From NCBI GenBank assembly GCA_963826115.1, contig CAWGVS010000005.1, positions 1,824,001 to 1,888,000 of the forward strand: 64,000 nt of DNA, read 5' to 3'. Under the pieces are notes generated by a model that saw nothing but the letters and a program-made list of their open reading frames with translations, was not told the DNA's origin and ran no database searches. The DNA is from an uncultured Candidatus Rokubacteria bacterium. GTDB taxonomy: Bacteria; Methylomirabilota; Methylomirabilia; Rokubacteriales; DASRDR01. Position numbers and translations under genes: made by a program. Shown one piece after another: positions 48,847 through 58,972 of this stretch (position 1 is its first letter; every line of letters begins with the position of its first letter).

Positions 48847-49812
48847 TCACCGGGGAGCCGCGAGCGCCTCCCGGATCGCGCCCAGCACCGCCGCCTTGGC
48901 GTCTGACAGGCTCCCGGGCCGGATCAGCCCGGCCGCATTCGGGTGGCCGCCGCCGCCCAGGCGGGCGGCGATCCGGGCGACGTCCACCTCGCCCTTGGCG
49001 CGGAGGCTCACCTTCACGCGGTCCGGCAGCTCGCGGAAGAGCACGGCGACCTTGGCGGTCCGCACGGAGCGCGGGTAGTTGACGAACTCTTCCGCCTCGG
49101 GCAGGTCCGGCGAGCTCGCCATGGCTCGGTCGATGACCAGCCAGGCGAGCGATCCGTCCGGATCGGTCTCGATCCCCTGGAGGATTCGGCCCAGCATGCG
49201 GAGACCGCCCGGCTCGCGCGTCTCGTAGACCGTGGTCGCCACGTGGGCCGGATCGACGCCGGTCTCCACGAGCCGCGCGGCGACGCGGAGGGTCTTGGGT
49301 GTCGTGTTGGAGTAGCGGAAGGAGCCCGTGTCCGTGACGATCGCCGTGTAGAGGTTCACCGCCACGTCTGTCGTCAGCGGCAGCCCGGCCGCCTCGATCA
49401 GGTCGAAGACCATCTCGCCGGTGGCGGCCGCCCGCGTGTCCACCCAGTTCACGTCGCCGTAGCGCCGGTTGTCGCCGTGATGGTCCACGTTGAGCACGCG
49501 CGTCCCCGGGCCCCGCGCGCCTTCGAGGAGCCCGCCGAGCCGCGCGGGGTCCGGGCAGTCCAGCGCGACGACCAGGTCGAAGGCGTTCTGGCCGGCCTTC
49601 CACTGCTGGACGTCCGCCGCGCCCGGCAGGAAGTGGAACGGGTCCGGCACCGCGTGCGCGCAGGCGAAGGTGACCTCCCGGCCGGCGCCGCGGAGCGCGA
49701 GGCCGAGCCCCAGCTGCGACCCGAGCACGTCCCCGTCGGGATACACGTGGGCGAACAGGAGCACGCGGCGGCCCTGCTCGACGGCGTCCAGCACCTCGCG
49801 GGGGACGCTCAC
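48847..49812 (-). CDS. nrnA: DHH/DHHA1 nanoRNase / pAp phosphatase
   Basis: HVYPDGD, NVDHH, TDTGSF, GGGHPNAAG. Confidence 0.93.
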   Translation of the reverse strand: MSVPREVLDAVEQGRRVLLFAHVYPDGDVLGSQLGLGLALRGAGREVTFACAHAVPDPFHFLPGAADVQQWKAGQNAFDLVVALDCPDPARLGGLLEGARGPGTRVLNVDHHGDNRRYGDVNWVDTRAAATGEMVFDLIEAAGLPLTTDVAVNLYTAIVTDTGSFRYSNTTPKTLRVAARLVETGVDPAHVATTVYETREPGGLRMLGRILQGIETDPDGSLAWLVIDRAMASSPDLPEAEEFVNYPRSVRTAKVAVLFRELPDRVKVSLRAKGEVDVARIAARLGGGGHPNAAGLIRPGSLSDAKAAVLGAIREALAAPR

Positions 49813-50183
49813 GACGGCGGCTCCGGGTCGGGCTCGCCCGCCGGCCGCTCCTCGGTCTTGAGCTCCTCCAGCACGGTCTGGATGTGGGCCGCGTGGGCCA
49901 TCGACCGGTCCGGGTGGAAGGTGAAGTGCGGGACGGTCCGCATGCGGAGCCGCGGGACGAGCCAGTTCCGGATGAACCCCCGCGCGCTCTCGAGCGCCTG
50001 GAGCGAGGCCTGCAACTGGGCTTCGGACCCGAGCACGCTCACGTAGACCTTCGCCGAGCGGAGATCCTTCGTCACGTCCACCTCGGTCACGGTCACGAAG
50101 CCGAGCCGCGGATCCTTCAACTCGCGCTGGATGAGGAGCGAGATCTCCTCCCGGATCAGCTGGTTGACGCGCTGAAGCCTCAT
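49809..50183 (-). CDS. rbfA: Ribosome-binding factor A
   Basis: KDPRLGFVTVTEV, DLRSAKVYVS. Confidence 0.97.
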   Translation of the reverse strand: MRLQRVNQLIREEISLLIQRELKDPRLGFVTVTEVDVTKDLRSAKVYVSVLGSEAQLQASLQALESARGFIRNWLVPRLRMRTVPHFTFHPDRSMAHAAHIQTVLEELKTEERPAGEPDPEPPS

Positions 50184-50187
50184 GGGA

Positions 50188-50472
50188 TCACAGCAGCTCG
50201 ACGCGGACGTCGATGACCTCGCCGTCGGAGAGGGACTCGATGAAGTTGACGGCCTTCGACACGACCTCGTTCGCCAGCCGCGCGTCGTTCGCCACGCACG
50301 CGACCGCGAGCGTCGCGCGCTGCCAGAGGTCGCCGTGGTCGACCTCGGCGATCGACACGTTGAAGCGCTGCTTGACCCGCTCCTTCATGCCGCGGAGGAT
50401 GTGGCGCTTGCCCTTGAGCGAGTCGGCCTCGCCGAGGTGGAGCTCCACCAGACCGAGCGCGACCTGGACCAT
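50188..50472 (-). CDS. DUF503 (YlxP-like) protein
   Basis: SLKGKR, FNVSIAEV, DLWQRA; position between infB and rbfA. Confidence 0.92.
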   Translation of the reverse strand: MVQVALGLVELHLGEADSLKGKRHILRGMKERVKQRFNVSIAEVDHGDLWQRATLAVACVANDARLANEVVSKAVNFIESLSDGEVIDVRVELL

Positions 50473-50495
50473 CGGCGTCTACCCGACGTCTCCGG

Positions 50496-53129
50496 CTAGA
50501 GCGTCCGCGCGACTTCCTCCGTCGTGAAGAGCTCGAGCACGTCGCCCACCTGGACGTCGAGGCTGCCGACGCCGATGCCGCACTCCTGGCCCTGGATGAC
50601 CTCGCGGGCGTCGTCCTTGAAGCGCTTCAGCGAGGTGATCTGCCCCTCGCCCATGGCGCGACCGTTCCGCACGGCCCGGACCTTCGCGTTCCGGGTCACC
50701 TTGCCCTCGGACAGGAAGCAACCGGCGATCGTGCCCACGTCCTTGATCGGGAAGAGCATCCGGACCTGGGCCTTGCCCAGCGGGATCTCGCGGATGATCG
50801 GCGGGAGCATCCCGCCGAGCGCCGCCTTCACGTCGTTGATCGCCTCGTAGATGACGTTGTAGGTCTTGATGTCCACGCGCTCGATCTGCGCCTGCTGCAG
50901 CATCTTCGGCTCGGCCTTCACGTTGAAGCCGATCACGATGGCGTTGGACGCCGAGGCCAGCATGACGTCGGTCTCGGTGATGGTCCCGACCGCGCCGTGG
51001 ATGATCCGCACCTTGACCTCGTCGGTCGACAGCCGCTCGAGCGCGTCCTGCAGCGCCTCGACCGAGCCGTCCACATCGCCCTTCAGGATGACCCGAAGCT
51101 CCTTGACCTCTCCCGCCTCGATCTGCTTGTGGAGATCGGCCAGGGTGACCCGCGCGTTCACCGTGACCTTCTTCTCCTGCTGCTGGCGCCGGAACGCCAT
51201 CTGGCGGGCCTTCCGCTCCTCGTCCACCGACCGCAGGACGTCCCCGGCCGAGGGCACGCCCGACAGCCCGAGCATCTCCACGGGGTCGACCGGGCCCGCG
51301 GTCTTCACCCGCTGCCGCCGGTCGTTGAACATGGCGCGGACCTTCCCGTACTGCTGTCCGACCACCACGATGTCGCCCTCGTGGAGGGTGCCCTGCTGGA
51401 TGAGGACGGTGGCCACCGGGCCTCGGCCGCGGTCGAGCTTCGCCTCGACCACGACCCCGCGCGCGGCGCGGTTCGGATTGGCCTTCAGCTCCATCACCTC
51501 GGCCTGGAGGGCCGTCATCTCGAGGAGCTGCTCGACGCCCGTGCCCTTCTTGGCGGACGTGTTCACGAAGATCGTCTGGCCGCCCCAATCCTCGGGCACG
51601 AGCCCGTGGTTGACGAGCTCCTGCTTCACGCGGTCGGGGTTGGCGTCAGCCTTGTCCACCTTGTTGACGGCCACGATGATGGGCACGCTCGCGGCCTTGG
51701 CATGATTGATCGCCTCCACCGTCTGGGGCATCACGCCGTCGTCCGCCGCCACCACGAGGATGACGATGTCGGTGGCCTGGGCACCCCGGGCTCGCATGGC
51801 CGTGAAGGCCTCGTGACCCGGCGTGTCAAGGAAGGTGACCTTGCCGTGGCTCGTCTCGACCTGGTACGCCCCGATGTGCTGCGTGATCCCGCCAAACTCC
51901 TGCTCGGTGACGCGGGTCTTCCGGATCATGTCCAGCAGCGAGGTCTTCCCGTGGTCGACGTGTCCCATGACCGTGACGACGGGGGACCGCGGCAGGAGCT
52001 GAGCCGGATCGCTCACCTCGTCGACGAGGTCCCGCTCCTCGGCGGAGCGCATGTCCGCCTCGAAGCCGAACTTGACGGCGACCGCCTTCACCTTGTCGGC
52101 GTCGAGGGGCTGGTTGATGGTCGCCATCACGCCCATGCCGACCAGCTCCCGGATGACCTCGCCGATCTTCCGGCCCATACGCTCCGCCAGCTCGGACACC
52201 GTGACGGACTCAGGCAGCCGGAGCACCTCGCGAGGTCCGGCCTCGGCCGCGGCGGCCGCGACCGCCGCGGCGGCGGGCTTCTCCGCCTCCACCGCAGCCG
52301 GCGCCGCCGTCTCGACGGAGGCGGCGGGCGCCACCACGCGCTCGGGCTCGGCCGCGGCCGGCTCCTCGCGGCGTGGCTTCATCGGCACGACCTTGCCGTC
52401 GGCCGCCGGTCTGGTGGCCGGCTCGGCGACCTTCTGCGGCGCTGGCTCCGCGTGCTCGCCGGGCCTCGGGGTCTCGGGCGGAGCGGTCTCTCGGGCGGCC
52501 GCGGCCACCACGGGCTCCTTGGGTCGGACCGGGGCCGGCGGCGCGGCCGCGGCGGGCCGGACCGCGGGCGGCTTCGCGGGCGCAGGCTTCTCGCTCGGCA
52601 CAAGCCGGACCGGCGGCGCCGTGGGAGCCTGGCCCGGGGTCGCACTGACCGGGGCGGCCGGCGCCGCAGCCGCAACCTCCCCGGGCAGAATGATCTTCTC
52701 GACCTTGGGCGGGGCGGGCACGGACGGCGTCGCAAGCGGCGCCTTCGTCTTCGCGACTGCCGGGACGGGCGCGCCCTTCGCCCCCGCCTTCCCCTTGGTC
52801 GGCCCCTTCCCCTTCACGGTGGTCGCGCTCGCCGCCTCGGCAGCCTTCCTCGCGCGCGTCCGCGCGGCCTTGACGGCGGCGGCCTTGGCCGCCTCGATCT
52901 TGGCGCGCTGGTTGGCGACGCGCTCGGACTCGAGCCGCTCCGTCTCCTTCCGGGAATACTCGGCCGCCCGGTCGCCCAGCGACTCCCGGAGCGTCGGGAG
53001 CACGGAGTCCTCGATGGCGCTCGCCGAGCTCTGCTCCTTGTAGCCCATGCCGTGGAGCTGGTCGATGATCAGCTTCGGCGCAACGCCGAGTTCCTTGGCC
53101 AGCTCGTGGACCCGGGTCTTCCCGGCCAT
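50496..53129 (-). CDS. infB: Translation initiation factor IF-2
   Basis: [38 protein letters not shown]; Ala/Pro-rich N-terminal linker. Confidence 0.98.
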   Translation of the reverse strand: MAGKTRVHELAKELGVAPKLIIDQLHGMGYKEQSSASAIEDSVLPTLRESLGDRAAEYSRKETERLESERVANQRAKIEAAKAAAVKAARTRARKAAEAASATTVKGKGPTKGKAGAKGAPVPAVAKTKAPLATPSVPAPPKVEKIILPGEVAAAAPAAPVSATPGQAPTAPPVRLVPSEKPAPAKPPAVRPAAAAPPAPVRPKEPVVAAAARETAPPETPRPGEHAEPAPQKVAEPATRPAADGKVVPMKPRREEPAAAEPERVVAPAASVETAAPAAVEAEKPAAAAVAAAAAEAGPREVLRLPESVTVSELAERMGRKIGEVIRELVGMGVMATINQPLDADKVKAVAVKFGFEADMRSAEERDLVDEVSDPAQLLPRSPVVTVMGHVDHGKTSLLDMIRKTRVTEQEFGGITQHIGAYQVETSHGKVTFLDTPGHEAFTAMRARGAQATDIVILVVAADDGVMPQTVEAINHAKAASVPIIVAVNKVDKADANPDRVKQELVNHGLVPEDWGGQTIFVNTSAKKGTGVEQLLEMTALQAEVMELKANPNRAARGVVVEAKLDRGRGPVATVLIQQGTLHEGDIVVVGQQYGKVRAMFNDRRQRVKTAGPVDPVEMLGLSGVPSAGDVLRSVDEERKARQMAFRRQQQEKKVTVNARVTLADLHKQIEAGEVKELRVILKGDVDGSVEALQDALERLSTDEVKVRIIHGAVGTITETDVMLASASNAIVIGFNVKAEPKMLQQAQIERVDIKTYNVIYEAINDVKAALGGMLPPIIREIPLGKAQVRMLFPIKDVGTIAGCFLSEGKVTRNAKVRAVRNGRAMGEGQITSLKRFKDDAREVIQGQECGIGVGSLDVQVGDVLELFTTEEVARTL

Positions 53130-53130
53130 A

Positions 53131-53433
53131 TCAGCTACCCCTTTCGACCATCTCAGGAGCCCCCTGCCCCTGGCTCAGGAGCCCGCGCAGCGCCGCGACG
53201 ACATCGGGCGTCGCCACCGCCGGGGCTCGGAATGCCTGGGGCCAGCGGCCCCGACGCACGCACTCGGACAGACACGATTCTTGCCGGCACAGGTAGGCGC
53301 CGCGTCCCCGCCCTCGCCGCCCTGGGTCCGGCTGGACCCGCCCGTCCGGCGTCCGGACCACCCGGAGGAGCTCCGCTTGCGGACGGGCCCGCCGGCAGCC
53401 GAGACAGGTCCGGACCGGCGACCCTGCCGTCAT
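53131..53433 (-). CDS. ylxR: YlxR/DUF448 RNA-binding protein
   Basis: PVRTCLGC, GRGAYLC...C; position between nusA and infB. Confidence 0.9.
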   Translation of the reverse strand: MTAGSPVRTCLGCRRARPQAELLRVVRTPDGRVQPDPGRRGRGRGAYLCRQESCLSECVRRGRWPQAFRAPAVATPDVVAALRGLLSQGQGAPEMVERGS

Positions 53434-54773
53434 CGGACCCCTTCCTCGGCCTGCCCGGGCTCGGCGGTGACCGCCTCGACGGCCGGCGGCTCCACGATCT
53501 CCTCCGCCGCCCGCGCGGCCAGCCACGCCTCGGCGCCAGCGAGAACCCCCTCGGCCCTCGGCGCCTCGGCGCCCAGCACCTCGCGCAGGCGCTCGAGCCC
53601 GGCCGACCGGATCCGCGCCGGCGAGTGAAGCCCGTGCTCCTGGAGGCGAGCCCCCAGCTCCGCACCGATCTCGGCGATGTCGGCGAAGGCCGCGAGGCCG
53701 GTGGTTCGCTCCTCCTCGTGACGACGACGCTCCTCCGCCAGCTCGGACTCGCTCTTGACGTCCACGCGGAGCCCCGTCAGCTTCGCCGCGAGCCGCGCAT
53801 TCTGCCCCTTCTTCCCGATGGCTAGCGAGAGCTGGCTGTCCGGGACGACGACCTGGGCGGTGCGCTCCTCGCCCTCCCCCGCGATCGTGACCGAGCTGAC
53901 CTTGGCCGGTGACAGGGCGCGCGCGACGAGCGTGGCCGGGTCATCCGACCACTCGATGATGTCGATCTTCTCCCCGCGCAGCTCCTTCACGATGACCTGG
54001 ATCCGCGTCCCGCGGAGGCCGACGCACGCGCCGATGGGATCGATGTCCCGCTTGGTGGACGCCACCGCGAGCTTGGCGCGCTCGCCTGGCTCCCGCGCGG
54101 CGCCGCGCACCTGGACGATGCCCTCGGCAATTTCCGGGATCTCCGTCTCGAAGAGGCGGACGAGGAAGCCCGGATGCGCCCGGGACAGCACCACCTGCGG
54201 GCCCTTGGGCGTGTTGCGGACTTCCATGATGTACGCCCGCACGCGGTCCCCGGCCATGTAGCGCTCACCGGGAATCTGCTCCCGCTCGGGCAGCACGGCC
54301 TCGGTCCGGCCCATGTCGAGGATCACCGTGCGCTTCTCGATGCGGTGCACGAGCGCCCGCACGAGCGTCCCCTCGCGGTCCTTGTACTCCGAGAAGATGC
54401 CCTGGCGCTCGGCCTCGCGGACGCGCTGCAGGATCACCTGCTTGGCGGTCTGGGCGGCGATCCGGCCGAGCTCCTTCATCTCGAGGTCGACCTCGATCAG
54501 GTCCTCGAGCTGGGCGCCGGGCTTGAGCCGGCGCGCCTCGTCGAGGCTCATCTCGAGCTTCGGGTCGGTCACCCGCTCGACCACCCGCTTCTCGGCGAAG
54601 ACCCGGATCGCCCCGGTCTCGCGATCGAGCGTGAGCCGGGTGTTGTCGCCCACGCCCATCGTCCGTTTCGACGCGGACAGGAGCGCGGACTCCAGCGCCT
54701 CGAAGAGGACCTCGGTCGCGATCCCCTTCTCGCGCCCCACCTGCTCGATCGCCAGCTTGAGCTCGCGGTTCAT
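53430..54773 (-). CDS. nusA: Transcription termination/antitermination factor NusA
   Basis: GRIAAQTAKQ, REPGERAK, GACVG, LSLAIGKKGQNARLA. Confidence 0.98.
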   Translation of the reverse strand: MNRELKLAIEQVGREKGIATEVLFEALESALLSASKRTMGVGDNTRLTLDRETGAIRVFAEKRVVERVTDPKLEMSLDEARRLKPGAQLEDLIEVDLEMKELGRIAAQTAKQVILQRVREAERQGIFSEYKDREGTLVRALVHRIEKRTVILDMGRTEAVLPEREQIPGERYMAGDRVRAYIMEVRNTPKGPQVVLSRAHPGFLVRLFETEIPEIAEGIVQVRGAAREPGERAKLAVASTKRDIDPIGACVGLRGTRIQVIVKELRGEKIDIIEWSDDPATLVARALSPAKVSSVTIAGEGEERTAQVVVPDSQLSLAIGKKGQNARLAAKLTGLRVDVKSESELAEERRRHEEERTTGLAAFADIAEIGAELGARLQEHGLHSPARIRSAGLERLREVLGAEAPRAEGVLAGAEAWLAARAAEEIVEPPAVEAVTAEPGQAEEGVR

Positions 54774-55276
54774 CCCGCTCTCCCGGAAGCGCCCGGAGCC
54801 TCGGCCGGCTCCACCTCGAGGCGCACCTTGGCCACGGAGCTCCGCGCGACGCGCTGGGAGCCGGCGGGGGTGGCGAGGGTCAGCGCCTCGCGGTCCACGT
54901 GGGCGAGCCGCCCCGAGAGCTCCCGGCGCCCGTCCACAGGGTCGCGCGTCCAGACCCGGACCAGCCGCCCCGTCCCCCACTGGAGCTCGCGGTCCTTGCG
55001 GAGCTCGCGGTCGAGGCCCGGCGACGAGACCTCCAGGTCGTAGCTCGTCCGGACGAGGTTCGAGACGTCGATCAGGTCCCCGACCTCGTGCGACAGCTCC
55101 TGGCATTCGCCGACCGTGACGCCACCCGGCTTGTCCACGTAGACCCGCACCGCCGCCCGCCGGCCGTTGCTCCGGACATCGAGGTCCACGAGGGTCAGGC
55201 CGCGGGCCTGGACAGCCGGGAGCACGACGGTCTCCACCGCCGCCTCCAGCCCTGCCAGGTCGGTGCCTACCGTCAC
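54770..55276 (-). CDS. rimP: Ribosome maturation factor RimP
   Basis: VYVDKPGGVT...C, YDLEVSSPGLDR; GGAGGAGG RBS before GTG 55276. Confidence 0.95.
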   Translation of the reverse strand: MTVGTDLAGLEAAVETVVLPAVQARGLTLVDLDVRSNGRRAAVRVYVDKPGGVTVGECQELSHEVGDLIDVSNLVRTSYDLEVSSPGLDRELRKDRELQWGTGRLVRVWTRDPVDGRRELSGRLAHVDREALTLATPAGSQRVARSSVAKVRLEVEPAEAPGASGRAG

Positions 55277-55310
55277 GTCCCCTCCTCCGCTTCCCATCGG
55301 TGTCCATGAA

Positions 55311-55354
55311 CAAAAAAGTGGGCCGCGCCCACTTTTTGTCAGCCGCTTAGTATA
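55311..55354 (-). terminator. rimP leader terminator/attenuator hairpin with upstream -10
   Basis: AAAAAGTGGGC-GCG-GCCCACTTTTTT between TATACT (55349-55354) and rimP; matches the widespread GTGGG...CCCAC rimP-nusA leader hairpin. Confidence 0.8.
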
Positions 55355-55398
55355 CCCCGAGATGCGGAGTCGAGGAACCCCTCGGGGTCTTCGAGAGC

Positions 55399-57102
55399 CT
55401 AGAGGTCGGCGGTCAGGCTCCGCTCGAGGTCCCGGACGGCGGCCACCACCCCGTCCGGCGAGACCGCGACGTCCTGTCGATCCCGCCGGGTCCGTACCTC
55501 GACCTTCCCTTCCTTGCCGAGGAGCGCGCCGACGGTCACGCGGACCGGGAGGCCGAGGAGGTCGGCGTCCTTGAACTTCACCCCGGGCCGCTCTTCGCGG
55601 TCGTCCAGGATCGCATCGAGCCCGGCCGCGCCGAGATCGCGGTAGATCCGCTCCGCCATCTCCCGGACCGGCTGCTGCTTGGGGTTCACGGGGAGCACGT
55701 GCACGCGGGCGGGCGCGATGGACCAGGGCCACACGATGCCGTCCGCGTCGTGACGCTGCTCGATGGCCGAAGCGACGATCCGCGCGGGACCGATGCCGTA
55801 ACATCCCATGACGATCGGATGCGCCTGTCCCTGCTCGTCAAGGTACGTCGCGCCGAGCTTGGCCGAGTACCGGGTCCCAAGCTTGAAGATGTTCCCGACC
55901 TCGATGACTTGCTCCACGACGAGCGGCGCGCCGCAGGACGGGCAGCCGTCCCCCGCCTGCGCGAGGTGAAGGTCGGCGTGGCGGGCGGCGAAGTCCCGAC
56001 CCGGCCGGACGCCGCGGTAGTGCACGCCCTCACGGTTGGCGCCAGCGACGTACGCCCCCTCGCCCAGCACCTCGTCCGCCACGATCGGCACGGACGCGTT
56101 CACGGGGCCCACCGAGCCGACCGGCGCGCCGAGGGCGTCCCGCACCTCGTCGGGGTGGGCGGAACGCACCTCACCCCCTAGGAGCCGCGCGAGCTTCTTC
56201 TCGTGGAGCTGCTGGTCACCACGGACCAGCGCCAGCACCGGTCCGGTCGGCCCTTGGTAGAGGAGGCTCTTGATCGTGTGGGCCGGTGGCACCCCCAGGA
56301 GCTGGCAGATCTCGGTGATCGTGCGCACCCCCGGCGTGGAGACCTCGTCACGGGGCCCGGCGGGAAACGCCGGTGCCGCCGGGGGCCGGGACCGCGCGAG
56401 CTCGACGTTCGCCGCGTAGCCGCACGCCGGGCACCGTGCGATCTCGTCCTCGCCCGCCCGGCTCGGCGCCATGAACTCGTGGGCGCCCGCCCCACCCATC
56501 ATCCCGACGTCGGACTCCACGACGTGGAAGGCGAGCCCGGACCGCTTGAAGATCCGGTTGTAGGCTTCCTTCTGCCGCTCGTACGCGACGTCCAGGCCGG
56601 CGTCGTCGGCGTCCAGCGTGTAGGCGTCCTTCATCCAGAATTCGCGCGTCCGGAGGACCCCGGAGCGCGGCCGCGCCTCGTCCCGCTCCTTGATCTGGAT
56701 CTGGTACCAGACCTGGGGAAGCTCCCGGTACGAGCGGATCTCCTTGGCGGCGAGCCAGGCCACGACTTCCTCGTGCGTCATCCCGAGGCACATGTCGCGG
56801 CCGTGGCGGTCCTTGAGCCGGAACATCTCGTCCTTGATGTCGTACCAGCGGCCCGACTGCTGCCAGAGCTCCGCGGGTTGGAGCACCGGCATCGTGATCT
56901 CCTGGCCGCCGATTCCGTTCATCTCCTCGCGGATGATGGCGTTCACCTTGTCGATCGCCCGCTGGCCGAGGGGCAGGTACACGTACACCCCCGCGGTGAG
57001 CTGCCGCACCAGGCCGGCGCGGACCATCAGCCGGTGGCTCTGCGCCTCGGCGTCCGCGGGGTCCTCGCGGAGGGTCGGGATGAACGACGTGGTCCAGCGC
57101 AT
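55399..57102 (-). CDS. proS: Proline--tRNA ligase (bacterial type with editing insertion)
   Basis: SHRLMVRAG, THEE, RDEARPR, REFWMKDAY, GNIFKLG, MGCYGIG. Confidence 0.98.
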   Translation of the reverse strand: MRWTTSFIPTLREDPADAEAQSHRLMVRAGLVRQLTAGVYVYLPLGQRAIDKVNAIIREEMNGIGGQEITMPVLQPAELWQQSGRWYDIKDEMFRLKDRHGRDMCLGMTHEEVVAWLAAKEIRSYRELPQVWYQIQIKERDEARPRSGVLRTREFWMKDAYTLDADDAGLDVAYERQKEAYNRIFKRSGLAFHVVESDVGMMGGAGAHEFMAPSRAGEDEIARCPACGYAANVELARSRPPAAPAFPAGPRDEVSTPGVRTITEICQLLGVPPAHTIKSLLYQGPTGPVLALVRGDQQLHEKKLARLLGGEVRSAHPDEVRDALGAPVGSVGPVNASVPIVADEVLGEGAYVAGANREGVHYRGVRPGRDFAARHADLHLAQAGDGCPSCGAPLVVEQVIEVGNIFKLGTRYSAKLGATYLDEQGQAHPIVMGCYGIGPARIVASAIEQRHDADGIVWPWSIAPARVHVLPVNPKQQPVREMAERIYRDLGAAGLDAILDDREERPGVKFKDADLLGLPVRVTVGALLGKEGKVEVRTRRDRQDVAVSPDGVVAAVRDLERSLTADL

Positions 57103-57151
57103 GGCCTAGCTCCCTCGGATCAGGGCGCGGCGGAGCGGACCGCCGTGGGGG

Positions 57152-57487
57152 TCAGTGCGACGCCTTGGAGACGACGTTCGGGCCCGGCTTGCCCGGGCGG
57201 TAGAGCAGCCGCTCGACGGGCTTGCCGTCGATCAGGTGAGACTGGACGATCTCGGCCACGTCCTCCGCGCGGGCGACGGAGTACCAGACGTTCTCGGGGT
57301 ACACCACGATCATCGGCCCGTTCCCGCACTGGGAAAAGCAGCCGGACTTGTTGATCCGGATCTCCTGGTGGAGGCCCGCCCTCGCGATCTCGGCGCGCAT
57401 CGCCTTGACGTAGCCTTCGGTGTCGCCCTGGGTCGGGCACGTGCCGCCCGTGGTGCAGACGAAGACGTGCCGCTCGTACTGGCCCAT
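57152..57487 (-). CDS. Thioredoxin-like [2Fe-2S] ferredoxin
   Basis: HVFVC...C...SGCFSQCGNGP, VYPENVWY, HLIDGKPV. Confidence 0.92.
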   Translation of the reverse strand: MGQYERHVFVCTTGGTCPTQGDTEGYVKAMRAEIARAGLHQEIRINKSGCFSQCGNGPMIVVYPENVWYSVARAEDVAEIVQSHLIDGKPVERLLYRPGKPGPNVVSKASH

Positions 57488-57490
57488 CGT

Positions 57491-58972
57491 CTAGCGGAAC
57501 AGCTTCCCGACCGGGGGCAGGAGTCGGGTGAGGTCGTTGAACAGCGCGAACACCATCAGGAGCAGGAGCAGCGCGAGCCCGATCTGCTGGGCGATCTCCC
57601 GTTTCCGGAGCGATAGGGGCCGGCCCAGCACCGCCTCGATGGCGAAGAAGAGGAGGTGCCCGCCGTCCAGCATCGGGACCGGCAGGAGGTTCAGGATCGC
57701 CAGGTTCACGCTGATCAGCGCCACGAAGAACGCGTACGAGACCAGTCCCTGCTGCGCCTGCTGACCCGCCACCATGGTGATCTGGAGCGGGCCCCCGATG
57801 TTGGAGGCCGGGATGGTCCCGGTGGCGAGCTTCCAGATGGACACCGCGGTGATCGCGGTGACGTCCCAGGTCCGCGCCACGCCGCGGGCGACCGCCGTCA
57901 CGGGATCCGACCGCTTGAAGGACTGCGACGTCGCCGTGGCGATGCCGATGCGCCCGACCTTCGTCTCGTTGCCGAGCGCGTCGCGCTCGACCTCCACCTT
58001 CGGAGTGACGGAGATGTCCATCTGCGACCCGCCACGCTCGACCCGGAGCGTGAGGGTTTCCTCGGCCCGCGCCGAGATCGTCTCCGCCAGCTCGTCCCAC
58101 GTCTCGACCGGCTGTCCGTTGAGCGCCACGATCCGGTCGCGGGGCTGCAGCCCCGCCTCGGCCGCCGGCATGCCCGGACGTACCTCGCCCACGACCGGCG
58201 GCAGGTACGGGCGCGCCCCGATGCTCCACGCCTCCGCCGGCTCGTTGAACGGGGTCCGCACCGGCACCTTGCGCGGGGTCACGGTGACGTTCTGCCGCGC
58301 GCCGTCCCGCACGATGGTGAGGGCGAGGGGCTGACCGTTGGCGCGGATCACCGCTTCCTCGATCTCGCCCCAGTGCTCGATCGGCTTCCCGTCGATGGAT
58401 ACCACCTGGTCGCGAGGGCGGAGCCCGGCCTGCGCGGCGGAGGAATCGGCGGTCACCCGCCCGATCGTCGGCTCGAGGACCGGCACGCCGACGGCGGCGA
58501 ACACGACGGAGAAGATCGCGGCCGCGAGAACGAAGTTCATGCCGGGCCCGGCGAACACGATCAGCGCGCGGGCCCAGAGCGGCTTCGTCGAGAACGACTT
58601 GGCCGGATCCGTCGGCGGCGTTTCGGTCGCCGGGTGGATGGCATCCTCCCCGTGCGCCTCCTCACCCATCATCTTCACGTAGCCGCCGAGGGGCACGATC
58701 GAGACGCAGTACTCCGTCTCGCCGCGGCGGAACCAGAAGATGCGGGGCCCGAAGCCGAGGGAGAACCGCTCGACCCCGACGCCCATCGCCTTGGCCACCA
58801 GGAAATGCCCGAGCTCGTGGATGAAGATGAGGGCGCCCAGGGCAACCACCGCGCTCACGACGTAGTCGAACGCCCCGCCCAAGAGCATGCTGCCGAACGA
58901 GCCGTCGGCGAGGAGAACCCCGCCGGTCGCCCCCGTCAGGGCCCGCGTCCAGCGTCTCACCGGCGCCCCCAT
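57491..58972 (-). CDS. rseP: RIP metalloprotease RseP (2 PDZ domains)
   Basis: HELGH, PLGGYVKM, AGPGMN, NLLPVPMLDGG; start may lie further downstream (e.g. 58889). Confidence 0.95.
   Translation of the reverse strand: MGAPVRRWTRALTGATGGVLLADGSFGSMLLGGAFDYVVSAVVALGALIFIHELGHFLVAKAMGVGVERFSLGFGPRIFWFRRGETEYCVSIVPLGGYVKMMGEEAHGEDAIHPATETPPTDPAKSFSTKPLWARALIVFAGPGMNFVLAAAIFSVVFAAVGVPVLEPTIGRVTADSSAAQAGLRPRDQVVSIDGKPIEHWGEIEEAVIRANGQPLALTIVRDGARQNVTVTPRKVPVRTPFNEPAEAWSIGARPYLPPVVGEVRPGMPAAEAGLQPRDRIVALNGQPVETWDELAETISARAEETLTLRVERGGSQMDISVTPKVEVERDALGNETKVGRIGIATATSQSFKRSDPVTAVARGVARTWDVTAITAVSIWKLATGTIPASNIGGPLQITMVAGQQAQQGLVSYAFFVALISVNLAILNLLPVPMLDGGHLLFFAIEAVLGRPLSLRKREIAQQIGLALLLLLMVFALFNDLTRLLPPVGKLFR

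Noticed and set aside
52200-52900. Ala/Pro-rich low-complexity stretch in infB
   Set aside because: This is the normal variable IF-2 N-terminal linker.
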